Below are positions 30,458 to 39,768 of a stretch of 64,000 bases of DNA, piece after piece. The number at the start of each line of letters is the position of its first letter. Within the stretch, counting starts at the first letter, position 1. The stretch is from a virus, in IMG/VR virus record IMGVR_UViG_3300035670_011119, positions 11,598 through 75,597 of that record; one strand, 5' to 3'. The notes under the pieces are model-generated. The model was not told the DNA's origin, did no database searches, and worked only from the letters and a program-made list of their open reading frames with translations. The translations under genes were made by a program, and so were the position numbers.

Positions 30458-32333
30458 TATATTCTCCATTTTTTAAAAGATCTCTTATTGTCATAATTTT
30501 ATCTAACATTGCTATGCCTAAAATATCAAATTTAATCACGCCGATACTTTCTAAATCTTGCATCTCCATACCAGCAATAAGTTGCTCATTTTTTGCATCA
30601 TAGACCATCGGACATATTTCTGCTAAAGGTTGTTCAGCAATAACTACGCCAGCAGCGTGTTTGGACTGATTTGACTTGGTCCCTTCTAATCTAATAGCTT
30701 GCTCAAACCTTTTGGCAAGTGGCCCCTTTAATTCTTGAGTATCGCTATCCAAATAACACCAGTCTCTTAATTTATCTGGATTATTTTCTAGAGCCCATTG
30801 TATTATGGAAGCTTCTCCATATTCTTCTTTCATTTCTTGAAGTTCATCTGCTATTTTTGCCTCATCAGGAATATTTTTGGTAATTTTATTCATTTCATCA
30901 AATGATATATTGCCGTATACTCTTAGTACATCTTTTAATGCGCCACGACCCTTCATTGTATTAAACGTTATCATTTGAGATACTTTATTGGTTCCATATT
31001 TTTCTTTAATATAGTTGATAATATTTTCTCTTTTATTAATAGGAACATCTACATCTATATCTGGCATAGATACTCTATCTTTAGTATTTCGACCAGCATT
31101 ATAAAATCTATCAAAGATGAGGTTGTATTTTATTGGATCAATTGAAGTAATACCTATTAGATAAGATACTAGACAACCAGCAGCACTTCCTCTACCGGGA
31201 CCGGGTAGCCAATTATTAGATCTTACATAGTTCACAATATCTTGCACAATCAAAAAATAACTAGACAGATTAGCTCCTTGTAGAACATCTAACTCATATT
31301 TAATCCTATCTACATATTCTTGTTGATTTTCTTTCGATATTGTATTTGCTATTTTGTCTCTCCAGCCATCTCTACATAATTGTCGTAAATATTCTGCGTC
31401 GTCGTACCCTGCTGGGCATTTAAAATTTGGTAGCATGGGCTTGTGTGTGATATCATAACTTTCACATAAAGAATCAACATATCTTGTATTTTCTATCTCT
31501 TCTTCTGTATGTAGAGATCTAATTTCTTCTTGCGAAAGAATATGAAAATTATCAGATGTAAAAAAACAAGATAGTCCAACATCTTCATTGTTATTTAGTT
31601 TATTTTGTATGCTTTGAAAAGTAGTTTTTAAATTATTACATAATAATACCCTTTGATCAACAGCATCTTCTTTAGTACAATAATGAGCATCTGGTGTGCA
31701 TATAACTTTTGTATTGCTTAATTGTCCAAGTGTTCTAATTTTTTCGGTTAAAATATCCTGAATAGGAGTATTAATACGATCCATTAATTGCGCTTCTAAA
31801 AATAAATTATCTCCAAATACTTCTTTTAGTTCAGATATATGATTTAGACCCATATTTTGCCAATTATCAACTATATCGTCATTCACCATAATTTTATCCG
31901 CAAGTGTTGATCCAAGATGACCGCAAATACCTATCATGTGTGGGCCACAGATCTCTTTGAGTGTATTTATATCGAGCCTGGGCTTGCGATAAAAAAAATC
32001 TGGTCTGTTGGCGCAAGAAACTAAACGAATAAGATTTTTCCATCCTTCCAAATTTTTTGCTAAAACTATGAAATGCGATAGTTTTCCGTTTTCTTTAGAC
32101 TGATCTCTTGGGTCATTATTACAGATATATAATTCGCACCCTAAAATAGGTTTAATATTTTTATTCTTCATGGCTGTAAAAAACTGCACAGCACCGGCTA
32201 TATTTCCATGGTCGGTTAGTGCGCAGGATTCTGCGCCTATATCATGGCACCTTTGTGCCATTTGTTCTGGTTTGCTAAGACCGTCCAATAAAGAAAAATG
32301 ACTATGGGTATGAAGAGGTATATAATTATTCAT
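30432..32333 (-). CDS. dnaE: DNA polymerase III alpha subunit, N-terminal half (PHP + palm/thumb)
   Basis: PHP motifs LHTHSHFSLLDG, LTDHGN, GCELY, DAHY; GPGRGSAAG; catalytic PDIDVD and KFDILG; HAAGVVI. The ORF ends 27 aa after KFDILG. Confidence 0.95.
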   Translation of the reverse strand: MNNYIPLHTHSHFSLLDGLSKPEQMAQRCHDIGAESCALTDHGNIAGAVQFFTAMKNKNIKPILGCELYICNNDPRDQSKENGKLSHFIVLAKNLEGWKNLIRLVSCANRPDFFYRKPRLDINTLKEICGPHMIGICGHLGSTLADKIMVNDDIVDNWQNMGLNHISELKEVFGDNLFLEAQLMDRINTPIQDILTEKIRTLGQLSNTKVICTPDAHYCTKEDAVDQRVLLCNNLKTTFQSIQNKLNNNEDVGLSCFFTSDNFHILSQEEIRSLHTEEEIENTRYVDSLCESYDITHKPMLPNFKCPAGYDDAEYLRQLCRDGWRDKIANTISKENQQEYVDRIKYELDVLQGANLSSYFLIVQDIVNYVRSNNWLPGPGRGSAAGCLVSYLIGITSIDPIKYNLIFDRFYNAGRNTKDRVSMPDIDVDVPINKRENIINYIKEKYGTNKVSQMITFNTMKGRGALKDVLRVYGNISFDEMNKITKNIPDEAKIADELQEMKEEYGEASIIQWALENNPDKLRDWCYLDSDTQELKGPLAKRFEQAIRLEGTKSNQSKHAAGVVIAEQPLAEICPMVYDAKNEQLIAGMEMQDLESIGVIKFDILGIAMLDKIMTIRDLLKNGEYNVKTCTVS

Positions 32334-33373
32334 TCTACGCTACCTGGGGCTTTGTACTTTCCAACAGTATAACCGGGCATTGTGTATTGGTCAACTACTT
32401 CTTTCATGCCCTTGAGTTCAATATCGTGTTTCACTTGTTCGCATTTTGTCATATGATTATTAATAGGTGTTAATTGATTATCTCTATATTCTAGTATTGG
32501 TAATACATGACTATTTTCAAATGTGGTTTTACCAAAATGACATAACTTATTGCAGATCCAGCTTTTATTTAGTTTGGGTTTTTTGGTCTTTTTAATATAT
32601 TCAAATTTATCTCTTAGCATTTGTTCGGTCTTGCTTAAATCAGACTCGTTAAAACAGACAGAAAATGGACCACCATCATTAATAAAATAAATAGTAACTA
32701 TTATGTTTTTAACATTTGGGTATATTTTTTTAATAGCATAATGATAAATACTTAATTGGGGATCTGTTTCTAGTTTTTCTTGTGTTTTTTCTGCTCCGGT
32801 AGCCCAATCTAATCTTCTGCCGGTTTTCCAGTCTATCAACTCATAAGTATCATCATCTATTTTGGTAATTAGATCGATAGTTCCCTTAATTGCTAAATTA
32901 CCCTCTAAAACTCCTTCGTTTGTTTCGTATTTATAGTATGACCATGGTTGTTCGATAGTAATATCGAATCTTTGTTCTGGACATACTATTGTTCGGTTTC
33001 TAGGATCGAACATTCCATTATGATAATTAATTGCTTTATAAACCCAACTATAACAATCTTTATAGTCTTTTTTCTCCCATTCGTGATGAGAAAACTGTTT
33101 GGTATAATATTGATATACCTGTTCTATAATATGATCTAGATTATATTTATGGGTGTCTATTTTTCCTATGGTATCATCATCGACTATTTTTTTATTATCT
33201 TGTAATCCTTGTTTAATAACGGCTAATATCTCAAGTACTTTATGTACAATCGTACCTTTATCGGCTTTTTTATTGGATGGACCTCTCCATCCTAGCACAT
33301 ATTCAAAAAAATATTGTTGTTCACACATATTATGTGCATTGTAAGAAGAACTACGAAAATATGTAATTATCAT
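32330..33373 (-). CDS. PD-(D/E)XK nuclease (RecB/Cas4-like exonuclease)
   Basis: S.S....C..QY, GTIVHKVLE, E.RF, GTIDLI, IDWKTG, QLSIY, and C-terminal C..LC.F..C (possible Fe-S ligands). Confidence 0.85.
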   Translation of the reverse strand: MIITYFRSSSYNAHNMCEQQYFFEYVLGWRGPSNKKADKGTIVHKVLEILAVIKQGLQDNKKIVDDDTIGKIDTHKYNLDHIIEQVYQYYTKQFSHHEWEKKDYKDCYSWVYKAINYHNGMFDPRNRTIVCPEQRFDITIEQPWSYYKYETNEGVLEGNLAIKGTIDLITKIDDDTYELIDWKTGRRLDWATGAEKTQEKLETDPQLSIYHYAIKKIYPNVKNIIVTIYFINDGGPFSVCFNESDLSKTEQMLRDKFEYIKKTKKPKLNKSWICNKLCHFGKTTFENSHVLPILEYRDNQLTPINNHMTKCEQVKHDIELKGMKEVVDQYTMPGYTVGKYKAPGSVE

Positions 33374-33972
33374 AAAGCCTCAGAGTATGGTAAAATATTA
33401 AATTGTAGCACTAGTCTTTTGAGATACTCAAACTGTTCTCTAACTGTCATATTGTCGTTGTTTATAATGGCACTAAAGTTTTTCCAGTTATAGTTAGCTT
33501 TATCTAAACAAGATTCGCTAGTGTGTTCTGAATTAAATGGATTTCTACTTAATCTAAATACTAATCCATTATTATTTTTAATAGCTTCTATTTCATTAGG
33601 AAATCTACAATCTGACACTATGACCATTTGATGATTATTCTTTTTAATTCTATTTATAAGAGCATTTACCCAAACATTATTATTTAATTTTCTAAATAGG
33701 TCGGTACCTATTAGTTGCATCAGATCTCTTGCTGTTAATTGTTTATTGTCCCAGTATGCATCTATGAGTTCGTTTTTACTATCGTCACTACCATAACATT
33801 GTTCGTAAGTTAATCCAAACATATTCATACAAATATCTTCTTTTAGAGGATCTGCAAAATTATATATAGGAACATCGCTGTATCCATTGGATAATAATAG
33901 TTGTTGCAAAAAATCTGAGCATACTGTTTTGCCAGATTGTTTTCTGCCGGAAAAAGCAATAATATTTACCAT
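33370..33972 (-). CDS. Deoxynucleoside monophosphate kinase (T4 gp1-like)
   Basis: SGRKQSGKT, FADPLK, RDLMQLIGTD..R, W, SDCRFPNE, H.SE. Confidence 0.9.
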   Translation of the reverse strand: MVNIIAFSGRKQSGKTVCSDFLQQLLLSNGYSDVPIYNFADPLKEDICMNMFGLTYEQCYGSDDSKNELIDAYWDNKQLTARDLMQLIGTDLFRKLNNNVWVNALINRIKKNNHQMVIVSDCRFPNEIEAIKNNNGLVFRLSRNPFNSEHTSESCLDKANYNWKNFSAIINNDNMTVREQFEYLKRLVLQFNILPYSEAL

Positions 33973-35111
33973 TTAATTTGCTCCAGATAATTTTTAATTT
34001 CTATTGTAATTTCGTCGGATGTCATTTCGCCAATATCATTTTTTGATATTTTAGGTATTAATATATTATATGTTTTTGAACATTTGTTTTGTATTTGTTC
34101 AGCAGCTTTTTTACCAGCATCGTCATTATCTGTTAAGATAATAATATTCATTGCTCCAGAAGAGTCTAGTATTAGTTTTTGTCTATCACTAAGAGAACAT
34201 CCAAAAAGACCAACACTATTGTGTATTCCATTTTCTTCTAATTTCCATACGTTGCCGGGGCTTTCAACAAGTATCACGCTTCCTGTTTCTAAAATGTGTT
34301 CTTTAGCAAACCAAAAATTATACAAATAATTTTGAGATTTAAATCCATTACTATGTTTCCATTTAGAATATTTCCAAGAATCTTGCTGTGATGGACAAGA
34401 TGTTTCAGGATTATGAAAACTGCCACACCCATTGCATTTATTAAATATGGATCTACCAGTACATCCGACTACAAATCTGTGATTATCATCATAAATTGGT
34501 GCCACAACTCTATTGTACATTTCTTTACCAGCAGTAGAACATAGTCCAACATCATACTTTTCTAGTATTTCGTTAGTATATCCTCTATCTATATAATATT
34601 TAGCAGGGATAGATAGGGCGGATCTAACGTATTGCCTGTTTACCTTGGTGCTATCAAATGTAGTTAATGGTTTAATTTTTTCTACTATTTGGGTAAATTT
34701 ATTTTTTTCTTGGGTTTTCTTTGAGACTTTAAAATCTTTCACATCTTTATTTAAAAACTCTAGTGCAAATTCTACTGCTTGATTAAAAGGATATATCTTA
34801 TCTCCATCTTGTTTCCATTCATATTTTTCTACAGACAACAAGCCCCTAATAAAACCAATAATGGATGGTTGAAATATCTTCTCGCATTGATGAGTTCTAC
34901 AGGCCCAATTTCCTCTGTAATGATCTCCCAAGTGATAAATGTTTAATGCAGACTGGTTATCTCCGCCATGTATTGGACATGACATTGTAAACATTTTGTG
35001 ATTTTCTTTGTAGTCTAATTGAAATAAATCAAATAGAGTCTCAATATTATCACATAAATTATCACAAACTAATTTCAGTTCAGACTGACTATAGGAACGG
35101 GATTTGCTCAT
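33966..35111 (-). CDS. dnaG: DNA primase (Zn-binding + Toprim)
   Basis: CPIH..W.C..H.C zinc domain, RVVAPI..VGCTGR, KS..LYN, ILVESP and LTDNDDAG. Start is either 35111 or 35129. Confidence 0.88.
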   Translation of the reverse strand: MSKSRSYSQSELKLVCDNLCDNIETLFDLFQLDYKENHKMFTMSCPIHGGDNQSALNIYHLGDHYRGNWACRTHQCEKIFQPSIIGFIRGLLSVEKYEWKQDGDKIYPFNQAVEFALEFLNKDVKDFKVSKKTQEKNKFTQIVEKIKPLTTFDSTKVNRQYVRSALSIPAKYYIDRGYTNEILEKYDVGLCSTAGKEMYNRVVAPIYDDNHRFVVGCTGRSIFNKCNGCGSFHNPETSCPSQQDSWKYSKWKHSNGFKSQNYLYNFWFAKEHILETGSVILVESPGNVWKLEENGIHNSVGLFGCSLSDRQKLILDSSGAMNIIILTDNDDAGKKAAEQIQNKCSKTYNILIPKISKNDIGEMTSDEITIEIKNYLEQIKW

Positions 35112-36552
35112 CGTTTTCGTCTGTTTCATCTGTTATAAAGCCTTCTGATTTTGCATTGGAATTATGACTTATTTCTAATTTGGTTTTACCTTCTGTAATT
35201 TTAGCGCACCAACCCTTCATGTGACAATTAATATAGTCATTATCGTCTAATCCCCCACCATGACGACTGATAATAGGTACTAATTTTCTATTGCCATTAT
35301 TTGGACCATCTTCTGCAATTTCTTCATCTGATTTTCGTTTGAAAATAGTAAAGTTACTACACAGCCATATAATTCTATCCGAACCGCTAGCCGTGTCCGT
35401 ACTTTCTTTGGTTATCCCATCCCTATTGAGCTGTACAAAAGCTACTATTGGTATTCCAAATTTGGTAGCAAAATTATGTAATTGTGTCATCATAAATCCT
35501 AATAATTGATATTCTTTAAGATCTTGACTCATACCCTGAGTATCCATCAATTTTAGGTAGTCGTAAAATACAACACACTCTTTAGCTGTGCCATCATCAT
35601 TAAGTCCAACATGCTTGAGAATCCAGCGTCTCATTATGGATAACTGTTCGTCAAATGGCTTACCAGCAATAGACTTATAATAGATAGGAATATTTGATAA
35701 TTCTTGGGTAGCTTTTTCTATTTTTTGTTTTGCGGCCGATGACTGTGCAAACTTTCCTGTTTCTATATCTCTTAATTCTGTTTCCGTCATCATTCCCAGC
35801 AATCTATGTACATGGTCTTCTTTTGTCATCTCGGTATCAAGATTAAGTACTGGAATATTAAGATTTCTGGCAATGTGAAAACCCATATTATCTACTAATA
35901 ATGTTTTTCCAGTTTTGGGCCTTGCAGCAATTACATTAACAGTACTTTTTCGTAGTCCTCCTCCTATGGCCTGATCATATATTGGAAATCCAGTTGGAAT
36001 ACCAACTTGATCCACAGGATTAGAAGACAAATATTCTATATATTCAACAATACCCTTACCCATCAGTATAGGACTGTTGTCATTATCTGTTAATGAATTT
36101 GTAAAACCTAAAATGGATTCTTCTGCTATTCCTACAATATGGCCAACAGATTCACTACCATTAATGTCTAAAATCTTTTCTTGTACAACCTCTAATTCTT
36201 TATGCAAAGATCTAGCAATTTCTAGCTTTTTGATTTTTGCAGCAAATTTTCTAATATTATCTTTTCCGACAGGAAAATCAACAATCGCCCTAAGATGTTG
36301 TGCTTCATCTTTTGAAGATATTAAATGAGAAACTCCTATTTCGCTAGCAGCAGAATATATTGATGGTATATCAATGTTTAGAGTAGCATCTTTATCATAA
36401 AGATGCTTGATACATTTATATATTAGACTATTACTATCTATAGTGAAACATTTCTCATCTATAAGATCAGCAATATCTAGATAAACCTCTTCACCAAATC
36501 TACATATTCCAGCTAAAACGGCTCTCTCAGCCGCTGTATCACTTAATATCAT
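35089..36552 (-). CDS. dnaB: Replicative DNA helicase
   Basis: AERAVLAG N-domain, GIPTGF, Walker A ARPKTGKT, DTEM, YDYLKLM, VQLNR, SRHG. Confidence 0.95.
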   Translation of the reverse strand: MILSDTAAERAVLAGICRFGEEVYLDIADLIDEKCFTIDSNSLIYKCIKHLYDKDATLNIDIPSIYSAASEIGVSHLISSKDEAQHLRAIVDFPVGKDNIRKFAAKIKKLEIARSLHKELEVVQEKILDINGSESVGHIVGIAEESILGFTNSLTDNDNSPILMGKGIVEYIEYLSSNPVDQVGIPTGFPIYDQAIGGGLRKSTVNVIAARPKTGKTLLVDNMGFHIARNLNIPVLNLDTEMTKEDHVHRLLGMMTETELRDIETGKFAQSSAAKQKIEKATQELSNIPIYYKSIAGKPFDEQLSIMRRWILKHVGLNDDGTAKECVVFYDYLKLMDTQGMSQDLKEYQLLGFMMTQLHNFATKFGIPIVAFVQLNRDGITKESTDTASGSDRIIWLCSNFTIFKRKSDEEIAEDGPNNGNRKLVPIISRHGGGLDDNDYINCHMKGWCAKITEGKTKLEISHNSNAKSEGFITDETDENDEQIPFL

Positions 36553-36554
36553 AA

Positions 36555-37052
36555 TTAATTTCTAATACTAATTTTGGACTTATAAACCATTGTTAAGATA
36601 TCTGCTAAATTTTTTATATTTCCAGACAAATATGATAGTCTATCGGATCTCTGTTTGGCGTACTTCTTTATTTTATTGAGCGCGGACGCCTTGTCATTGT
36701 GTTTGATCGCTTGCAAGGATTTTTCCAAAAAACCATATCCTTTGTAGTTATTGATATCGTCAGCTATCACTTCTTTGATTGTTTCTTCAGCCCAATTATA
36801 TCTAGCTATTTCTCTATTGGATGTGCGCTGAATATGTAAAGCTAATTGACTAAGTCTATAAGATATTTGTAAACAATCTTCTGGTGATAGTTTTTCTATA
36901 TGATCTCTATTCATAGAAAAGTACAAACTAACTTCAGATTCTGGAATAAGTGTATTTTCATATTTTGGTAGACCAGTACTAGTTTCGTATTCATCTAGTA
37001 TTCTATCCCATTCTTCTAGTTGGTCTTTTGCTGTCTTAATCTGTTCAGCCAT
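36555..37052 (-). CDS. Helical protein, possibly a UvsY-like recombination mediator
   Basis: Coiled-coil-like and 165 aa, located between the recA-like gene and dnaB. The assignment rests on size, helical pattern and context only. Confidence 0.35.
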   Translation of the reverse strand: MAEQIKTAKDQLEEWDRILDEYETSTGLPKYENTLIPESEVSLYFSMNRDHIEKLSPEDCLQISYRLSQLALHIQRTSNREIARYNWAEETIKEVIADDINNYKGYGFLEKSLQAIKHNDKASALNKIKKYAKQRSDRLSYLSGNIKNLADILTMVYKSKISIRN

Positions 37053-37429
37053 TGTTCATAACTTTCATTAAAGGGAAGTTCTATAAAACCTATACCATTC
37101 AGATTGCACCATTCTTTTTTTAGCTTATCTCGTTTTTGATGACGTAAAAAGCCTAGTGCATTACCATGATAGTGAGCAATAAATTTATAATGTTGTTCGC
37201 CATGGGTTTCTATGCATAGTCTTTTTAATGGAATATAAAAATCTAAATATAGAGTATCATTCCTAGTAATTTTAATCGGCACTTCTTCTAAAATTTGTAA
37301 CGTAGGAAATATTTCTGTAATCATTTCCCTAGCCTTCATGTGAAGACCAGATTTTTTTATATTTGGATTAGCTTGATATCCAACTAATTGCCAATTATAG
37401 ATATTTCCATCTAGATCATGCACTTCCAT
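37016..37429 (-). CDS. Vsr/DUF559-like endonuclease
   Basis: LYLDFYIP..CIETHGEQHY..RDKLKKEWC..NGI.FIELP. Likely start at 37429. Confidence 0.8.
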   Translation of the reverse strand: MEVHDLDGNIYNWQLVGYQANPNIKKSGLHMKAREMITEIFPTLQILEEVPIKITRNDTLYLDFYIPLKRLCIETHGEQHYKFIAHYHGNALGFLRHQKRDKLKKEWCNLNGIGFIELPFNESYEQWLNRLRQQKTN

Positions 37430-38441
37430 TATTAATACCAACAGTATTTTTTACAGCCTGATATAGTTCTTCGTATCGTGTAGGATTGTCTATTAAGAAC
37501 TGTCTTACTTTTTCAGAACCTTGAAATTTAAGTTTTTCATCGGTAATAAAATCTAACGTATACCAAGCTCCTCCTTTATTAATTAGTCCCATATCTGTAG
37601 CTATCATAACTAATTCTGTAAATTTATCGATACCTTGTCCATATCTTAAATATGATGTGATTGTTCCGCCGGGCGGTCCAAGAGCAGAACATAAAACTTG
37701 CCATTCTACTTCTTGACCTATTTGAGCACCATCTGTGCCTAAAACCCATGGTTTATGAAATTTTGCCTTTAATTTTACATCTGTTTGATATGCAATAGCT
37801 TGTCCGCTTTTTTCTTTCCATTCAACATTGCCATATCCTGGATTACCCATAAGATGTGTAATACCAATTACTATATTCTTATTTACTGGTATAACATTTG
37901 CAACCTTACGACAAAATTTAGCTAATAGTTTTGCTCCATCTGCTCTTTGCATTTTATCCATATCACTTGTAATCTCGGCCTCGGTACATAATGCAGAATA
38001 GGAGTCTATGATTATGATTGATCCTGGTTCTTCATTGATAAGTTTTTCTGCAATTTGTAAATATTCTTCAGCATGTAAAATCTTTCCTTGCTGAGAACCT
38101 ATTACATCAAATCTATCTAGATCTAATTCTTTTATACCTTCTAAGTCTCTCTTTTTTAGTCTACCTTCTATGTTAAGGTAGTACACATGTCTTGGGCTTT
38201 TCAGATCTCCACGATATGCTTCCTTTTGGGCTGTTGCAGCAAAATCAAGAGATGTGGTGGTTTTGCCACATTTTGGCTGACCAGTAAAAATAACGAAACT
38301 ACCTTCTGGTATACCTCCTTGAAGCACAAGATCCAATGCTGGACTAACCGGTATAATTATAGATTTTCTGTCTACTATGGAATTACCAGACAGAATGATA
38401 TCCGTACCAAAGTTTTTCTTTACGTCTTCTTTAACTGTCAT
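37416..38441 (-). CDS. recA: RecA/UvsX-like recombinase
   Basis: ALDLVLQGGIPEG, Walker A GQPKCGKTT, NIEGR, Walker B IIIDS, GITHL and GAWY..KFQG. ATG at 38441. Confidence 0.9.
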   Translation of the reverse strand: MTVKEDVKKNFGTDIILSGNSIVDRKSIIIPVSPALDLVLQGGIPEGSFVIFTGQPKCGKTTTSLDFAATAQKEAYRGDLKSPRHVYYLNIEGRLKKRDLEGIKELDLDRFDVIGSQQGKILHAEEYLQIAEKLINEEPGSIIIIDSYSALCTEAEITSDMDKMQRADGAKLLAKFCRKVANVIPVNKNIVIGITHLMGNPGYGNVEWKEKSGQAIAYQTDVKLKAKFHKPWVLGTDGAQIGQEVEWQVLCSALGPPGGTITSYLRYGQGIDKFTELVMIATDMGLINKGGAWYTLDFITDEKLKFQGSEKVRQFLIDNPTRYEELYQAVKNTVGINNGSA

Positions 38442-38850
38442 TGTCAATTTCCTTTAGTTTTGATAAGATATTTTTTTGTGGTTGTGGTGCTTTGCGATGA
38501 TCTATTATTTCTTTTCGATTAAACTTTTGTTTCAATGTTTTATTGCTTGTTTCTAGTATTTTTTGTTTATCTACTATAATAGGTTTGAGAAATGGAGCCC
38601 TTAGAGAATATATATTCTTAGCTTTGGGATCATTTAAAGCTTTGATAATAGCTAGTGGTTCGTATTCTTTTACTAATTTATTTGCTGTGGCTATTTGATC
38701 TCTAAAAAATTTACTCCATTTAGGAGATGTCCAAAATCTATAGTGTAAATCTAATTTATCTTTTTGGGCTTTTTTTTCGCATATCATTTCCGTAATAAAC
38801 TGAGCCGGAGTAACAGTTTTATTATTGGAATATTTCGAAATAAACTGCAT
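38431..38850 (-). CDS. Hypothetical protein
   Basis: 139-aa ORF overlapping both neighbours. Confidence 0.65.
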   Translation of the reverse strand: MQFISKYSNNKTVTPAQFITEMICEKKAQKDKLDLHYRFWTSPKWSKFFRDQIATANKLVKEYEPLAIIKALNDPKAKNIYSLRAPFLKPIIVDKQKILETSNKTLKQKFNRKEIIDHRKAPQPQKNILSKLKEIDNDS

Positions 38851-39191
38851 TATATTTTTTCGATATACTCTAGTACAGAATTAACTTTTTCTACAGGATC
38901 TTCGCCTATCATTACTTTTTTTAAGAAGGACTTATTATAATGATTAATTAGCTCAATCCTTTGTCCTATCTGATTATCTCTAAATATTTTTATTCCAAGC
39001 ATAATCTCTATATCATATGGATATTTGATTTCTTTTTCCGTTGTTACATCTGTTTGTTGATTATTTTGTTCATCTTTGATTAGAGATAATCTATCATTCA
39101 TTGATTTAAATAAATCTATAAAATTAGCATATTCTTCAACAGTTAATAACTGTTTTGCCATTATATCTAATCTATCTATAATATCATGCAT
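38850..39191 (-). CDS. Hypothetical protein
   Basis: 113-aa ORF overlapping both neighbours. Confidence 0.55.
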   Translation of the reverse strand: MHDIIDRLDIMAKQLLTVEEYANFIDLFKSMNDRLSLIKDEQNNQQTDVTTEKEIKYPYDIEIMLGIKIFRDNQIGQRIELINHYNKSFLKKVMIGEDPVEKVNSVLEYIEKI

Positions 39192-39768
39192 TATGATACT
39201 CTAATAAATAATTTTTCCAAGCACTCGGTATATCTACACCTATAGTAGATAGTTGCGCGCTCACTGGCAAGTATCTAAAATCATACTTTGGCTGATAAGG
39301 AAAAGATAATAGCTCCATATTAGCCTGCTCTGGTGTTTTATTTTTCTTCTTTCTGTTGCACAAAGTACAAGCCGTTATGATATTTGACCAACTTGTAGCT
39401 TTATGCTTATCGTGTATAAATTTACTTTTTGGTATTACATGATCGTATGTTAATTGATTATATGGAAAACTTTCTCCACAATATTGACATGTATAATTAT
39501 CTCTAATAAAAAGATTTTTTCTAGAAAATTTTAAAGACCTATCGTATAGATTAAAATATTTTACAGTTTTAGCTACAGATGGAACAGGATAGGTTTTATT
39601 AGTTCCTTGTATATATTTATCACTATAATAGTCTATAATTTGGATAGCGTAATTGTGATTCTCATTATATCTTAATGACCATACAATTGCCTTTTGCCAA
39701 CTGATAATTTTTAATGGGCAATAGTTGGCATTTAGTAATAAACATTTACTATTTTCTGCCTTGTTCAT
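39184..39768 (-). CDS. HNH endonuclease (McrA-like)
   Basis: LLLNANY.PL..W.KA, RDNYTCQYCG, TYDHVIP, W.NI.TAC..CN..K.NKTPEQA. Confidence 0.92.
   Translation of the reverse strand: MNKAENSKCLLLNANYCPLKIISWQKAIVWSLRYNENHNYAIQIIDYYSDKYIQGTNKTYPVPSVAKTVKYFNLYDRSLKFSRKNLFIRDNYTCQYCGESFPYNQLTYDHVIPKSKFIHDKHKATSWSNIITACTLCNRKKKNKTPEQANMELLSFPYQPKYDFRYLPVSAQLSTIGVDIPSAWKNYLLEYHNA
39242..39270 (-). promoter_or_regulatory. Candidate sigma70-type promoter inside the 3' end of the HNH gene
   Basis: The - strand reads TTGCCA, 17 nt, TACTAT, about 50 nt upstream of the ATG at 39191. Confidence 0.4.

Noticed and set aside
27974-32333. Split intein or self-splicing intron joining the dnaE halves
   Set aside because: There is no Cys/Ser-initiated intein N-block or HN/C junction. 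The intervening DNA is fully occupied by two overlapping ORFs, leaving no room for intron RNA structure.
32330-33373. Cas4 as part of a CRISPR-Cas system
   Set aside because: No repeat array or other cas genes were seen. Stand-alone PD-(D/E)XK nucleases are common in phage replication modules.
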